Shown here: positions 49,899-60,293 of the stretch, one piece after another
Layout: the number at the start of each line of letters is the position of its first letter
Position numbering within the stretch: position 1 is the first letter of the stretch
Assembly: GCA_963666425.2 (NCBI GenBank)
Contig: OY762825.2
Span: 1,024,001 to 1,088,000 of the forward strand
DNA length: 64,000 bases
Reading direction: 5' to 3'
Source: Bacillota bacterium
GTDB lineage: Bacteria; Bacillota; JAAYKD01
Notes under the pieces: model-generated
What the model was told of the DNA's origin: nothing
Seen by the model: the letters and a program-made list of their open reading frames with translations, nothing else
The model's database searches: none
Position numbers and translations under genes: made by a program

Positions 49899-50471
49899 CT
49901 AGCCGCAGCAACAGCAGGGTTTTGGATAATAATTGATGATTGAACCATATCTGTCCAACTCAAAGTGGCAGCATTTCAGCAGACTATCCTTCAGCATTTG
50001 CCGTGCCCGTTGGACCCGTGTTTTGGCGCCTGAAACAGAAATCCCTAACTTTTCAGCCAGTTTGACCTGTGACCAACCCTGAAATTCTACGGATGTGAGA
50101 GCCTCCGCATATTTCTCCGGCAGCATTGCAATTCTTTCCTTCAGACCTGATCCAATCGCCTGCGCCGGGTTTTCTTCTATTATTTCATCTGAGGTAAGGA
50201 GTTGTTTTTCATATTCCGGTGTCAACTCATCTAGGTAGTCCAGCTTTATTTTTTGTTTGCGATAGTAATCGATAATTGTATTTCTGGCAATTTGGAATAC
50301 CCAACTGCGAATTGTCCTGCTGTCCTGCGGTGTGTTGATTTTTCTATGAATTTTTAAAAATACTTCCTGCAAGAGATCTTCCGCAGCGGAAGAATCGGCA
50401 ACCCTATAAGCAATGAAACGTTCAATTTCACCGCTGAACTCCTGCCAAATTCGCTCTGTATCGTATTCCAT
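49899..50471 (-). CDS. sigZ: ECF sigma factor, SigZ-like
   Basis: IWQEF, DLLQEVFLKIH, SVSGAKTRVQRAR, CCHFELDRYG. Confidence 0.85.
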   Translation of the reverse strand: MEYDTERIWQEFSGEIERFIAYRVADSSAAEDLLQEVFLKIHRKINTPQDSRTIRSWVFQIARNTIIDYYRKQKIKLDYLDELTPEYEKQLLTSDEIIEENPAQAIGSGLKERIAMLPEKYAEALTSVEFQGWSQVKLAEKLGISVSGAKTRVQRARQMLKDSLLKCCHFELDRYGSIINYYPKPCCCCG

Positions 50472-50597
50472 CTGTAATCCTCCTAACAAATCACAAATTT
50501 AAATTGCCACTATGCTCTTTTTTATTATTGGTGTCTGTGTCATTGGTCCCAAGCTGACGAGATTCGGCCATCGGATTTCTCCGATGTTCTGAGTCTG

Positions 50598-52130
50598 TTA
50601 TCCACCGATATGGATGACTTGATCCGCCCAATTCCGATAAAACGATTCTTCATGCGAAACTAAAATAATATTGCCTTGCCAACGCATGAGTTCGTTCTTC
50701 AATTCATCCTTTGCATCCGCATCCAGATGATTGGTCGGTTCATCTAAGATTAATAGGTTCGACTTTGTCAGCATTAAAATACAAAGTTTGACACGGGATT
50801 GCTCTCCGCCGCTTAAAGAAGAAATCGGCTGGATCACACTTTTGGCTTGAATACCGCACTGTGCCAGATGTTTTCTGATTTGACTGGCAGAGAGTTGGCT
50901 GTATCTTTCGGCGATAATCTGCACCGGAGTCTGCTTTGGATTAGCCCAGACCAGATCCTGTTCATAATAGCCGATTTTCATGGTATCGGAAAATTTGAAA
51001 TCGCCGGACAAGGAAGGTATTTGTTTGATCAATGTCTTAATCAAGGTTGATTTACCGATGCCATTAAAACCGGTAATCACAACTTTTTGGCCTGCCGCTA
51101 CCATAAAATTCATCTTCGGTAAGAGAGGATTGGTATAACCAATTTCCAAATCTCTCACAACCAATGCCTTTTGTGTGGTAACCGGCAGTGAAGCAAATTG
51201 AAAATTCGGTTTCGCCAGTACTTTAGGCGGATCGATTACCTCGATTCGGTCCAGTTGCTTCTGACGACCTCGCGCCATTTTAGCGGTAGATGCCCTTGCC
51301 TTGTTTTTGGAAATGTATTCTTCGAATTTTTTGATCTGCACTTGCTGAGACTGGAATTCACGAACATAACTTTCCCGCTTAATGTCCTTCAGCTGCAAAA
51401 ATTTGTTGAAGTTGCCGTTGTACTTGGTCAGCATGCCAAATTCGATATCGCAGATGCAATTCGTCACGAGATCCAGAAAATCGAAATCATGAGAAATAAC
51501 GATAAAAGCACCTTCAAATTCCTTGAGATAGCCGGAAAACCACTCCACATGCTCTTTGTCCAGAAAATTGGTCGGCTCGTCCAGCAGCAAGACATCCGGT
51601 TTTTCCAATAAAAGTTTGGCTAAAATCACCTTTGCTCTTTGACCGCCGCTCAGCTGACATAAGATACTGTCCATACCCAAGGCGATGATGCCTAAGCCGT
51701 TCGCTACCTTCATGATCACAGTTTCTATTTCATAGAAACCTTGATTTTCTAAAATCTCCTGCAGTTTCGCTGTTTTGTCAATCAATTCTTCGCTGTTGTC
51801 GATCGTCATGCTCTCATACAATTCAATGAGTTTTGATTCAGTCTGAAAAAGCTCCTGAAAGGCAGTCTTTAAATACTCAAACACCGTCACATTATTGTCT
51901 ATTTTGGCATATTGATCCAAATAACCATATTTCATATTGCGTTGCCAGCTGATTCTGCCATGATCCGGGACGATACTGCCAGTGATAATATTGAAAAGCG
52001 TTGTTTTACCTGTACCATTATGACCGACAATCCCCATATGCTCACCCTTAAAAAGTTCAAAGGATGCATTTTTATACAAAACGTTTTCGCCAAAGGAATG
52101 CGATATGTCTATTACATCTAATAATCCCAT
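50598..52130 (-). CDS. ABC-F family ATPase, YfmM-like
   Basis: Two NBDs, GEHMGIVGHNGTGKT, LDEPTN twice, no TM segments, 510 aa. Confidence 0.9.
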   Translation of the reverse strand: MGLLDVIDISHSFGENVLYKNASFELFKGEHMGIVGHNGTGKTTLFNIITGSIVPDHGRISWQRNMKYGYLDQYAKIDNNVTVFEYLKTAFQELFQTESKLIELYESMTIDNSEELIDKTAKLQEILENQGFYEIETVIMKVANGLGIIALGMDSILCQLSGGQRAKVILAKLLLEKPDVLLLDEPTNFLDKEHVEWFSGYLKEFEGAFIVISHDFDFLDLVTNCICDIEFGMLTKYNGNFNKFLQLKDIKRESYVREFQSQQVQIKKFEEYISKNKARASTAKMARGRQKQLDRIEVIDPPKVLAKPNFQFASLPVTTQKALVVRDLEIGYTNPLLPKMNFMVAAGQKVVITGFNGIGKSTLIKTLIKQIPSLSGDFKFSDTMKIGYYEQDLVWANPKQTPVQIIAERYSQLSASQIRKHLAQCGIQAKSVIQPISSLSGGEQSRVKLCILMLTKSNLLILDEPTNHLDADAKDELKNELMRWQGNIILVSHEESFYRNWADQVIHIGG

Positions 52131-52198
52131 ACTCTTTTATTAATTCTCCTGTTATCTTAGTTACGCCTGCTCTTACCTTCTCTGCCAGCGGTCTGACG

Positions 52199-52242
52199 AA
52201 AAAAGCTCAAAGACTGATTTTTTTTAGATCAGTTGATGAGCT
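52199..52242 (-). terminator. Leader terminator (putative attenuator) upstream of the ABC-F gene
   Basis: AGCTCA..ACTGAT..ATCAGT..TGAGCT followed by a T run on the coding strand, between promoter and gene. Confidence 0.55.
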
Positions 52243-52377
52243 CTCGGCTGTCTGATCTGCTTTATACGGTATCCCCGCAATGCTGTCGCCTTTGCTTTCA
52301 TTTTTTACGGCAGCAATCATCTCGAAGCAATCGACGGTTTCAAGTCTTTCAATCAGGTGAGTCATAAACGTTTTGTA

Positions 52378-52406
52378 AGTATAGCAGAATTATGGAAAAT
52401 AAGCAA
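52378..52406 (-). promoter_or_regulatory. SigA promoter of the ABC-F leader
   Basis: TTGCTT-N17-TATACT with extended TG. Confidence 0.7.
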
Positions 52407-52645
52407 ACAGAAAAATTATAGAGCAACGCACCGCTTTTATCGCCGGATGCAAACAAACTTCCTCCTGCTTTAGGATAGAAACGAATCGATCGCTGCAGAA
52501 ATCTTACTCATGATTTGTTGTTTTGCTGACTTCTGAAATTTTCTTACGGTGAGGAATGTCAAACGTTTATAATAATACAATTGACTAATAGAGAAGATTC
52601 CGATAGAATATATTTCATATAGTAAAATATACGGTAAAGGAAATA

Positions 52646-54127
52646 ATGAAATTGGCAAATGAAACCAACTTCTCAATCCCCCCTTCAGAATCGGAAGATA
52701 CCTCCTCTTCTGAACAAGTGATTCAGAAAAAAAACTTTTGGCGTGACCTTCTGCAAGGCTTAAAAACTCCCCTGCCTGCTGATTTGCCTGCCAAGGAAAT
52801 CTCACAAAAAGTCATCAGCATCGCCTGGCCGGCTTTGGTGGAGTCTTTTCTCATCCAGTTGGTTAGCATGGTCAGCACCATGATGGTAGGCGGCGTAGGG
52901 ACTTGGGCTATTGCCGCAATCGGCTATTGCACCCAGCCTCGTTTTCTGATATTAGCTATCTTTCAAGCCTTCAATACCGGCAGTACGGCTTTAATTGCCC
53001 GTGCGAAAGGAGCCGGTCATGAAGAAGATGCCAATGTGATCATGCATCAATCTCTCTTACTTTCCTTCGGTGCTTCGCTGGTCATGGGCAGCTTGGGTTA
53101 TTTATTTGCTACTCCCATGGTCGTCTTTATGGGTGCCAATGAACCGGCAACCATAGCTGCGGCAACGACTTATATGCGTGTCTTAATGCTGACTTTTCCT
53201 GCCAATGCTATAACTTTGGCAGCCACCGCCTGCCTACGCGGCATTGGCCGCACAAAAATCTCCATGACTTACAACATTGCCGCGAATTTGGTTAATGTGG
53301 CGGTTGGTTATGTCTTTATCAATGGTCACTTCGGCATGCCTGCGCTGGGGATTACAGGTGCCGCTCTTGGCATGGCGACCGGGCAAATCGTTTCTCTGGT
53401 AATCGCATTGTTTGCTTTAATTAACGGTTCCGATATGCTGCGGTTACGTTTCAAAATGCTTTTCCAAATCGTACCCCGTATCTTAAAAGGTGTATTGAGT
53501 ATAGGTTCTCCCGCCATGCTGGAACAATTGTTCATGCGTTCCGGTCAAATCATGTTTTCCATTGTGGTGGCTTCACTAGGAACCGATGCATTTGCAACGC
53601 ATACAATCGCCAATAATATCTTCTCAATGTCCATGATGATCGGACAATGCTTCGGTATTTCTGCCACTTCACTGATTGGACAGTCGTTAGGAAAAAAACG
53701 TCCCGATCATGGCAAGGCTTATGTGCAGCAATGCCGCCGTTATTCCATGCTGGTCTCGATGGGTTTGGCTGCCGCTTTCTTTCTATTCGGTAAAAATCTA
53801 ATGGGTATGTATACGGACGAAGCCGTCGTCATTGCCCAAGGCGCTGTCCTCTTAAGGATTGTGGCGGTCATCCAGCCGCTGCAATCATCGCAAATGGTTC
53901 TCTCCGGAGCCTTAAGAGGTGCCGGTGATACCAAAGCAGTCGCTATTTCTGCTTTTACCGGCATTGTCATTGTGCGTCCTATTGTGTCTTATATCATGGT
54001 ATATCTGCTCGGTGCCGGGTTGAATGGTGTTTGGCTGGCGATCGTTTTTGACCAGTGTATCCGTTCCGCTTATACCATGTGGCGTTTTTCTTCCGATCGA
54101 TGGAAAGACATCAAAGTAGCTATCTAG
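52646..54127 (+). CDS. MATE family efflux transporter
   Basis: About 12 hydrophobic segments, LRGIGRTK, GITGAALG, GALRGAGDT. Confidence 0.92.
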   Translation: MKLANETNFSIPPSESEDTSSSEQVIQKKNFWRDLLQGLKTPLPADLPAKEISQKVISIAWPALVESFLIQLVSMVSTMMVGGVGTWAIAAIGYCTQPRFLILAIFQAFNTGSTALIARAKGAGHEEDANVIMHQSLLLSFGASLVMGSLGYLFATPMVVFMGANEPATIAAATTYMRVLMLTFPANAITLAATACLRGIGRTKISMTYNIAANLVNVAVGYVFINGHFGMPALGITGAALGMATGQIVSLVIALFALINGSDMLRLRFKMLFQIVPRILKGVLSIGSPAMLEQLFMRSGQIMFSIVVASLGTDAFATHTIANNIFSMSMMIGQCFGISATSLIGQSLGKKRPDHGKAYVQQCRRYSMLVSMGLAAAFFLFGKNLMGMYTDEAVVIAQGAVLLRIVAVIQPLQSSQMVLSGALRGAGDTKAVAISAFTGIVIVRPIVSYIMVYLLGAGLNGVWLAIVFDQCIRSAYTMWRFSSDRWKDIKVAI

Positions 54128-54128
54128 A

Positions 54129-54186
54129 TAAGAAAAATGAACGAGGAGTTGGGGTAAAAAACCCGACTCCTCGTTCATTTTTCTTG
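54129..54186. terminator. Bidirectional terminator
   Basis: AAGAAAAATGAACGAGGAGT...ACTCCTCGTTCATTTTTCTT. Confidence 0.9.
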
Positions 54187-54204
54187 ATTTTATCTTGGCT
54201 GTAT

Positions 54205-54939
54205 TCAAACGATGATCTTGCGCTGACCAAAAAGACCTTTGCGGATGGCAAGTGAATAAAGGTAGGGATAGGTCTTTTGCAGATTACGCATGGATTCGAC
54301 CCATTCGATCAGTAGTTTTTGGAAAGCGCGCTGGATATCCAGGTTCAAGTGCTGAAGGTCAGAAGCAGGCAGTGTCGTTAAAGATTCCCGGCTATGCAAC
54401 TCGTCATAGACATGATAGAGCGACCAAAGCAATTCTGTAAAGCGATCATGCTCCACCAGATTCGCATTTTCAAAGAGCCGCAGCAGGTCGTCTTTCTTCT
54501 TGAACAAAATCTGATGCAAGACCGGCAAATCATCAGTTTGGGCATCGGCTTTCAGCGGATATTGATTTAGATACAGAATTAGCTTGTTAAAATCCTGATC
54601 CTGCCAACCCACCTGCAATGCCAGCTTATCTGTAATTTCATTCAGATTCATGATGGAACCGCGAAATGCTTGGATCAATTCGATACCTGTCTCGGCATAA
54701 AATTCATTGATCACAACGCTGACTCGATTTAATTTTGCCTGATGCTCCCGCCGGATCAGCACCGCATTCATCCCTAACGTAACCAGCAAAACGCTGATCG
54801 GCAGAAATGCCATATCCTGCAGAAGATAAAACATGGTTTCATCGGGACGATGGAAAATGGTAATCTGACAGAGATAAATCACGACCGAGAAAACGATCAA
54901 AAAAAACACGAGTGCATTGGTTTGTAGATTCCGCTTCAC
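54205..54939 (-). CDS. Hypothetical membrane protein
   Basis: Two N-terminal TM helices, DMAFLPISVLLVT and NLVEHDRFTELLW segments. Confidence 0.75.
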   Translation of the reverse strand: MKRNLQTNALVFFLIVFSVVIYLCQITIFHRPDETMFYLLQDMAFLPISVLLVTLGMNAVLIRREHQAKLNRVSVVINEFYAETGIELIQAFRGSIMNLNEITDKLALQVGWQDQDFNKLILYLNQYPLKADAQTDDLPVLHQILFKKKDDLLRLFENANLVEHDRFTELLWSLYHVYDELHSRESLTTLPASDLQHLNLDIQRAFQKLLIEWVESMRNLQKTYPYLYSLAIRKGLFGQRKIIV

Positions 54940-55084
54940 TTGCTGCTCCTTCCTGCATCAGAACGAATTTTCAAAGTGTCAAACTTCATTTGAGAATTGC
55001 AGATTACCGTTCATCATAGGATTCTCAGACAAATCTATCCTTCGATTCAGTGTTGATTTCTTCTTGTGACCTGACTGTTTCAAA

Positions 55085-55978
55085 TCAACCAGGAAACCCT
55101 TCCGCATCAAATCGCCTGCGATAGCCGCATTTTCTGCAAAGATCTTCGACGGCTTCTTTTCTGGTAAAACCATCAAACAAATTCTTTGATCTTTTGCTTT
55201 CAATGATTTCCGCAAAAGGTTTTTCCTTTATATTGCCCAAATTGATCACACCCTCGCCATCGAGGCAGCATGGCAACACTGTGCCATCAACCAATATCGC
55301 CGCTTGTCGGCGCAGTCCAAAACAAAATCCTGTCCTGCTCTCTTCGGTTAAAGCGAGATCCGGCCAAATGAACTGATACTCCTGATTGAGATAGATTCTT
55401 TCAGCCAGTTGAATGTTTTTATGCGAAATAACCGTTTCCCGAATTGGTTCCGACAACGAAAATTCTTCTTCAATCCAAGCGAGCAGCTCCTGATTCAGCC
55501 TTTCCTCAGTATCGGCCGTTTGGTTTTCTCCCAGATTCCACAAGCGAAGAGAAACAAAAAGCTTGGTTTTTTGCATCGCTGCTTTGCTAAAAGAAAAAAT
55601 CTGCGCCATATATTCTGCTTTGTTCTGCCTGCTGTCCTTTTGACCTGTGCTATGCAAGGAAAAATTGATCTGCCGCAGAGCTGGTTTCGTCAGAAGCAAT
55701 TCCTGCACCTGACCAATCAGTGTTCCGTTGGTCGTCAGGTTAACCTGAAAGCCCTTTTCCTGGCAGAGATCCAGGAACTGTCCGAGTTCCGGATGCAGCA
55801 GCGGTTCTCCTTTCACATGGAAATAAAGCGAATCGGTATAGGCTTTGATTTGCTCCAAGATGGCAGCAAAGGTTGCGTAACTCATAAATTCTGCTTTGCG
55901 GCCGGTGCGTGGACAGAAATCACAGGCGAGATTGCAGACGTTGGTGATTTCAATATAGATTTTCTTAAATCTTTTCAA
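55085..55978 (-). CDS. Radical SAM / SPASM domain protein
   Basis: CNLACDFC, GEPLLHP, C-terminal C..PCC..CRKC. Confidence 0.9.
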   Translation of the reverse strand: MKRFKKIYIEITNVCNLACDFCPRTGRKAEFMSYATFAAILEQIKAYTDSLYFHVKGEPLLHPELGQFLDLCQEKGFQVNLTTNGTLIGQVQELLLTKPALRQINFSLHSTGQKDSRQNKAEYMAQIFSFSKAAMQKTKLFVSLRLWNLGENQTADTEERLNQELLAWIEEEFSLSEPIRETVISHKNIQLAERIYLNQEYQFIWPDLALTEESRTGFCFGLRRQAAILVDGTVLPCCLDGEGVINLGNIKEKPFAEIIESKRSKNLFDGFTRKEAVEDLCRKCGYRRRFDAEGFPG

Positions 55979-56026
55979 TTACGCCTCCCCGCGTCAGATT
56001 GCCCACATTCAGTCAGTTCGCTTGCA

Positions 56027-56707
56027 CTATTCTTTCAAAATACTGCTTTTAGGAAAAGACGCTGCCTCGTTTCGATTTTCTCTCTTAGAATAGCCGAGGT
56101 GTGAATGTGCCACAACCCCGTCCCCTTGGCACATGTACTTTTTGCCGAATTCCGCATGTGCTAGGGCGGAATACTTTTGCACGAATTGGCTTTTAGCCTG
56201 CGTATAACCATCCCGATTATGCTCGTATTGTTTCCAGAGGCCCAGTTTTAACTGTGCATATTCTTCTGCAATTGCCGGATGGGCAAGCAGATAATCCCGA
56301 AAATACAATTCATCCCAGTCTGCATAATAACGGACATGAAGATGAAACACCCGCTCGGCAAAGCCGTTTTGGGTGTAGCCCTGATTGAATTCAAGCCGGA
56401 GTTCAGGTTGATCTTCGGACAACATCAGTATCCAGCCTGCCTGAAGCAGCTGATCTTTCAGCTCTGTTAAGTTACAGCTTCGGTCCACTTCCAGTAAGAT
56501 ATCGATAGTCGGTTTGGAGATCAATCCCGGAACTGCGCTGCTGCCAATGTGATTGATACGGATAATTGGAATCCCGGTCAAATTGTTCCTGATCTCTTCT
56601 TCTTTTGCCAGGTACCATGCTCGGTAAGCCGGATTATGATCCTTTAGTATGATCGGAAACAGTTGCCATAGTTCCTGCAAAGACAATTCAGACAATGGTT
56701 TTCCCAT
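56027..56707 (-). CDS. GrpB (UPF0157) family nucleotidyltransferase-fold protein
   Basis: HIGSSAVPGLISKPTIDI, FHLHVR, FRDYL, YTQAK. Confidence 0.88.
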   Translation of the reverse strand: MGKPLSELSLQELWQLFPIILKDHNPAYRAWYLAKEEEIRNNLTGIPIIRINHIGSSAVPGLISKPTIDILLEVDRSCNLTELKDQLLQAGWILMLSEDQPELRLEFNQGYTQNGFAERVFHLHVRYYADWDELYFRDYLLAHPAIAEEYAQLKLGLWKQYEHNRDGYTQAKSQFVQKYSALAHAEFGKKYMCQGDGVVAHSHLGYSKRENRNEAASFPKSSILKE

Positions 56708-56781
56708 CGTTACCTTTCTCCTCGCTGTGGTTGACCGCAAAACGGCCATAGTTAATAAAGTTTGTTTTTGAATTTGCTGAA

Positions 56782-57246
56782 CTAAAAGACGATATCTACG
56801 ATAAAATCTTCCCGATCGGCTGTTGCTTTTTGAAAGTCCAGGCGATACTTATAGTTGTTGGCAAAGACAAGCGCATCTGTTGGCGTGATTTTCAGAATAC
56901 AGGTGTTTGCATCGGTTTCATCCACATGCTGATCGTAAAATGCGGAAAATACCTGCTTTAATTCATTGCGCAACCTCAAGTTTTCTGCTTTCAGGGGGTG
57001 TCCCAGATTTTCACCTTCACCATGCGCTACGAAAAGATGATAGCAGAGGGCAACAGAGGGATTGCGCGCAATTTCCTGCATTTTTCTGCTCAAAGCATAG
57101 GTCGTGATGTAAAAAGCACCTGCTTTGTAATAGGCGTTGATGTTGCGGACATTTGCTTTGCCGTCGTTGACAGTAGCAAGCGACATCACCGTATCTTGGC
57201 CAAATTGTTCAGACATGACTGTGAGTGCTTCCTTAAAATAAGCCAT
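56782..57246 (-). CDS. Pyridoxamine 5'-phosphate oxidase family (FMN-binding split barrel) protein
   Basis: MSLATV, FYITTYALSRKMQEIARNPSVAL. Confidence 0.8.
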   Translation of the reverse strand: MAYFKEALTVMSEQFGQDTVMSLATVNDGKANVRNINAYYKAGAFYITTYALSRKMQEIARNPSVALCYHLFVAHGEGENLGHPLKAENLRLRNELKQVFSAFYDQHVDETDANTCILKITPTDALVFANNYKYRLDFQKATADREDFIVDIVF

Positions 57247-57299
57247 CTGTTTTCTCCTTTGCTGGAATTGCAGCAACAAAGTACTGAGCAGCACTTTAT

Positions 57300-57815
57300 T
57301 TAGCTGCCGCGTTTCACCGAAAATAGTAAATGCGGCATATCTACACCGCGATAATGTTTCACGAATTTCTTGGCAAGGGTCATCCCATTGCGGATGGCTA
57401 CCATTTGAGAAGCGATGTTGGTATCGCGGATGATCGAAAAAACCTCATCGGCGTTTAGTTGTTCAAAAGCGTATTTTTTGCAGGCAATCGCCGCTTCGGA
57501 AGCATAACCCTGATGCCAATAGGCTTTTTGCAATAAGTAACCGATTTCAAGGATTTGCTCTCCTTCGCAGTCCTGCATGCTCAGCCCACATTGGCCAATC
57601 ATCTCATTGGTTGCTTTCAAAATAACCGCCCATAAACCAAAGCCATTTTCTTGATAACGCTTCAATTGTCTGTCAAGCCATTGCTGCGCTTCTTCATCTG
57701 TGAAAGCACCTTCATAAGCAACCATCACTTCTTCATCCTGCAGTATTTTACACAAGGCAGGATAGTCCGCTTGCTGCATTTCCCTCAAAGCTAGTCTTGC
57801 TGTTTCTAAAATCAT
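57300..57815 (-). CDS. GNAT acetyltransferase (RimJ/RimL type)
   Basis: ILETARL, EIGY, YWHQGYASEAA, NIASQ. Confidence 0.9.
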   Translation of the reverse strand: MILETARLALREMQQADYPALCKILQDEEVMVAYEGAFTDEEAQQWLDRQLKRYQENGFGLWAVILKATNEMIGQCGLSMQDCEGEQILEIGYLLQKAYWHQGYASEAAIACKKYAFEQLNADEVFSIIRDTNIASQMVAIRNGMTLAKKFVKHYRGVDMPHLLFSVKRGS

Positions 57816-58195
57816 TCTGCACCTCCCAATAAAAATAATTCTGCATCATGATTATCTCGTATTTCCTATAAATTTATCATATTAAAATGCAAGAGTCAAT
57901 GCTGTTTCTGTATGTTTCTGCTTTTTAAAACCGCGCAGATTGCAATAGCAAGTTGCAATAGTCCTGAATTAGCAATGACTTATGGTAGAACGATATGGGA
58001 TTTCTAAGTTCGGGTTTTCACCCTCTCTCCGTAATCACATATCGATGGCCGCCGGTCAAGTGGTGTAAATTCGGTCAAGTTTTTTTCAAACATTTCTTCC
58101 GGAGTATGGTAACACAGAATCTTTCATGGCAAAGCGCTATAATGGTCTAGGAAAACTCGACAAAAAGAGAGCATGAAGATGATGAACCTGCTATA

Positions 58196-58484
58196 AGGCA
58201 GCCAATTTACCAGTCACGATTACACCGACTTTCTAAAAGCCAACCAGATTCAGATCAGCATGGATGGTAAAGGCCGCTGGGCAGACAATATTTTAATAGA
58301 ACGTTGGTTCCGCATGCTGAAATATGAAAGGGTTTATCTGAAAGAGTATCTCAACATAAGAGAAGCCAGGCAACAAATAGCTGCTTTTATCTATACCTAC
58401 AATTACGAGCGCTTGCACTCCGCCTTGGACTACCAAGCGCCTGCAAAAGTTTACCAGCCGGTTCTATTGAAAAAAAGCACCTGA
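58196..58484 (+). pseudogene. IS3-family transposase C-terminal fragment
   Basis: GSQFTS, ISMDGKGRWADNILIERWFRMLKYE, YNYERLHSALDYQAP; 5' part missing. Confidence 0.88.
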
Positions 58485-58640
58485 TCCACCGCCGACCTTG
58501 ACCCTGCCAGTTTCTCTAAAAGGTCAGCCCTGTTTTCCATGGTTACATAACCTCCAGTTATTGATCAAGTAAAATTTAAAAATTCAAGATCTCAATTTCA
58601 TTGGCGTGCGCTCAATCTTGATCTGTATAACTACGACAAG

Positions 58641-60293
58641 TCAATTGATAATCATAAACTGAAAGCCCTTTTCTCTGAATAATGTAACGCAGGCATCCAC
58701 GACTGCGCAGTCATATTTTTTTCCTCTGTATAAAGAGATTTCTTCTAGTGCAGCATCAATACCCAAAGCCGGTCTATAGGGCCGGTGTGAAGTCATTGCA
58801 TCTACTACATCCGCTACAGCCAATATCCTGCTCTCGAGGATGATTTGCTCTCCTACAAGCTTTTGCGGATAGCCGGAACCATCCAGACGTTCATGATGCT
58901 GATGAATCATCTCGAGTACCTGTGGCGGGAAATCAATTTCCTTGACGATTTCATAGCCAGATTCAGCGTGGGTCTGCAAGACTTGATACTCAAGAGTGGA
59001 TATTTTGCCAGGCTTGTTGAGAATATCGGAAGCGACGCTGATTTTGCCAATGTCATGGATCAGAGCACCGCTTGAAATATTGCTGATTTTCTCGTCTGAC
59101 AGTCCCAACTCTTGGGCGATTGCGCAAGCCAGTTCTGCCACTTTTCTTTGATGCCCTGCAGTGTAAACGTCCTTCAATTCACTAATCTTTGAGATAGCTC
59201 CGATGGTCTGGCTAAGTCTGAGAACCAGTGATTGGTTCATTTTTCTAAGTTGCTGGTCTCTATTTACAATTTCGCTGTTCATTTTCTCAAAATCGCCGCC
59301 AAGAATTTGGAGCTCGCGAAATTTCTGTGGGCTTAAGCTGAGGTCATAATTACCTGCTGCAATTTTATTGGATTGTCTGGAAAATTCCAATATGGAGGTG
59401 GATATGGATTTTGATTTTACAAAAAAGAAAACGGACAAACCAAGAATTAAAAACGCAAAAACATACAGTAGATTATTAATACTTGTTATTGGTTTGGAAA
59501 TATAATCCATAGATGTATATATGGCAACATACCATTTAAATGTATCTAGATATACAATATTGACCAATGCGTTTTCTTTATCGGATCTGTAAGATCCCGT
59601 TTTATCCTCAATAGACTTCTGAATAAGAGGAAATTCATCATTAACGTCTCGCCGCGAAATGACTGATTGATTATAATAGGTTAAATACGTTCCCCTTTCA
59701 TCCATGACTGTAAGCTTCGTACTATCTCCCATATATTCGGCGAAATTCGTGAATATTTCGCTGATTTTATTGGCATCCATATAAATTACCAATATTTGAT
59801 CACCCATTTTTTGAGAAAGAGTAATGACCGGTTCTCCTGTAAAAAAAAATGTAAAAATCTTTGACCAGTATATTTCACCATTCGGCTTGACATTTTTATA
59901 GAATGTCTCACCGGATCTGTCCATGCCCTCTGAATCAAATTTGTTGGGTACAGAATGAGTAACGGTTCCGCTCTGGTCAGTGATCTCAATAGCCATAATG
60001 AACTCACTGGAGTTTACACTATAACTCAAAAATTGTTCAATATTTTTCTCCAAAACGATTTCTGAGATAAGTATGCTCTGGATTTCGCGTGCTTGATGCT
60101 CTTGATCAAACATACGCTGCTGTAAGTTATTCGTGATCCCCTGAACCATGATCCGACCATTCTGAATGGCGCTGCTGTTAAGTTGGGCGGAAATAACATT
60201 ATTAATGATGGCTACGATGAAGATGAATACAAGAAGCGTTGACAGCGTATTCAAATATAGTACACTTACTATCGACTTACTTTGCTTCATCAT
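58641..60293 (-). CDS. Membrane sensor (Cache-like plus HAMP) HD-GYP phosphodiesterase
   Basis: Two TM helices around an extracytoplasmic domain; HDIGK, HHERLDGSGYP, RPYR. Confidence 0.9.
   Translation of the reverse strand: MMKQSKSIVSVLYLNTLSTLLVFIFIVAIINNVISAQLNSSAIQNGRIMVQGITNNLQQRMFDQEHQAREIQSILISEIVLEKNIEQFLSYSVNSSEFIMAIEITDQSGTVTHSVPNKFDSEGMDRSGETFYKNVKPNGEIYWSKIFTFFFTGEPVITLSQKMGDQILVIYMDANKISEIFTNFAEYMGDSTKLTVMDERGTYLTYYNQSVISRRDVNDEFPLIQKSIEDKTGSYRSDKENALVNIVYLDTFKWYVAIYTSMDYISKPITSINNLLYVFAFLILGLSVFFFVKSKSISTSILEFSRQSNKIAAGNYDLSLSPQKFRELQILGGDFEKMNSEIVNRDQQLRKMNQSLVLRLSQTIGAISKISELKDVYTAGHQRKVAELACAIAQELGLSDEKISNISSGALIHDIGKISVASDILNKPGKISTLEYQVLQTHAESGYEIVKEIDFPPQVLEMIHQHHERLDGSGYPQKLVGEQIILESRILAVADVVDAMTSHRPYRPALGIDAALEEISLYRGKKYDCAVVDACVTLFREKGFQFMIIN

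Noticed and set aside
54979-55215. 78 aa ORF as a candidate RiPP precursor for the radical SAM/SPASM enzyme
   Set aside because: It overlaps the radical SAM 3' end out of frame, has no evident RBS, and no peptidase or transporter partner is nearby.
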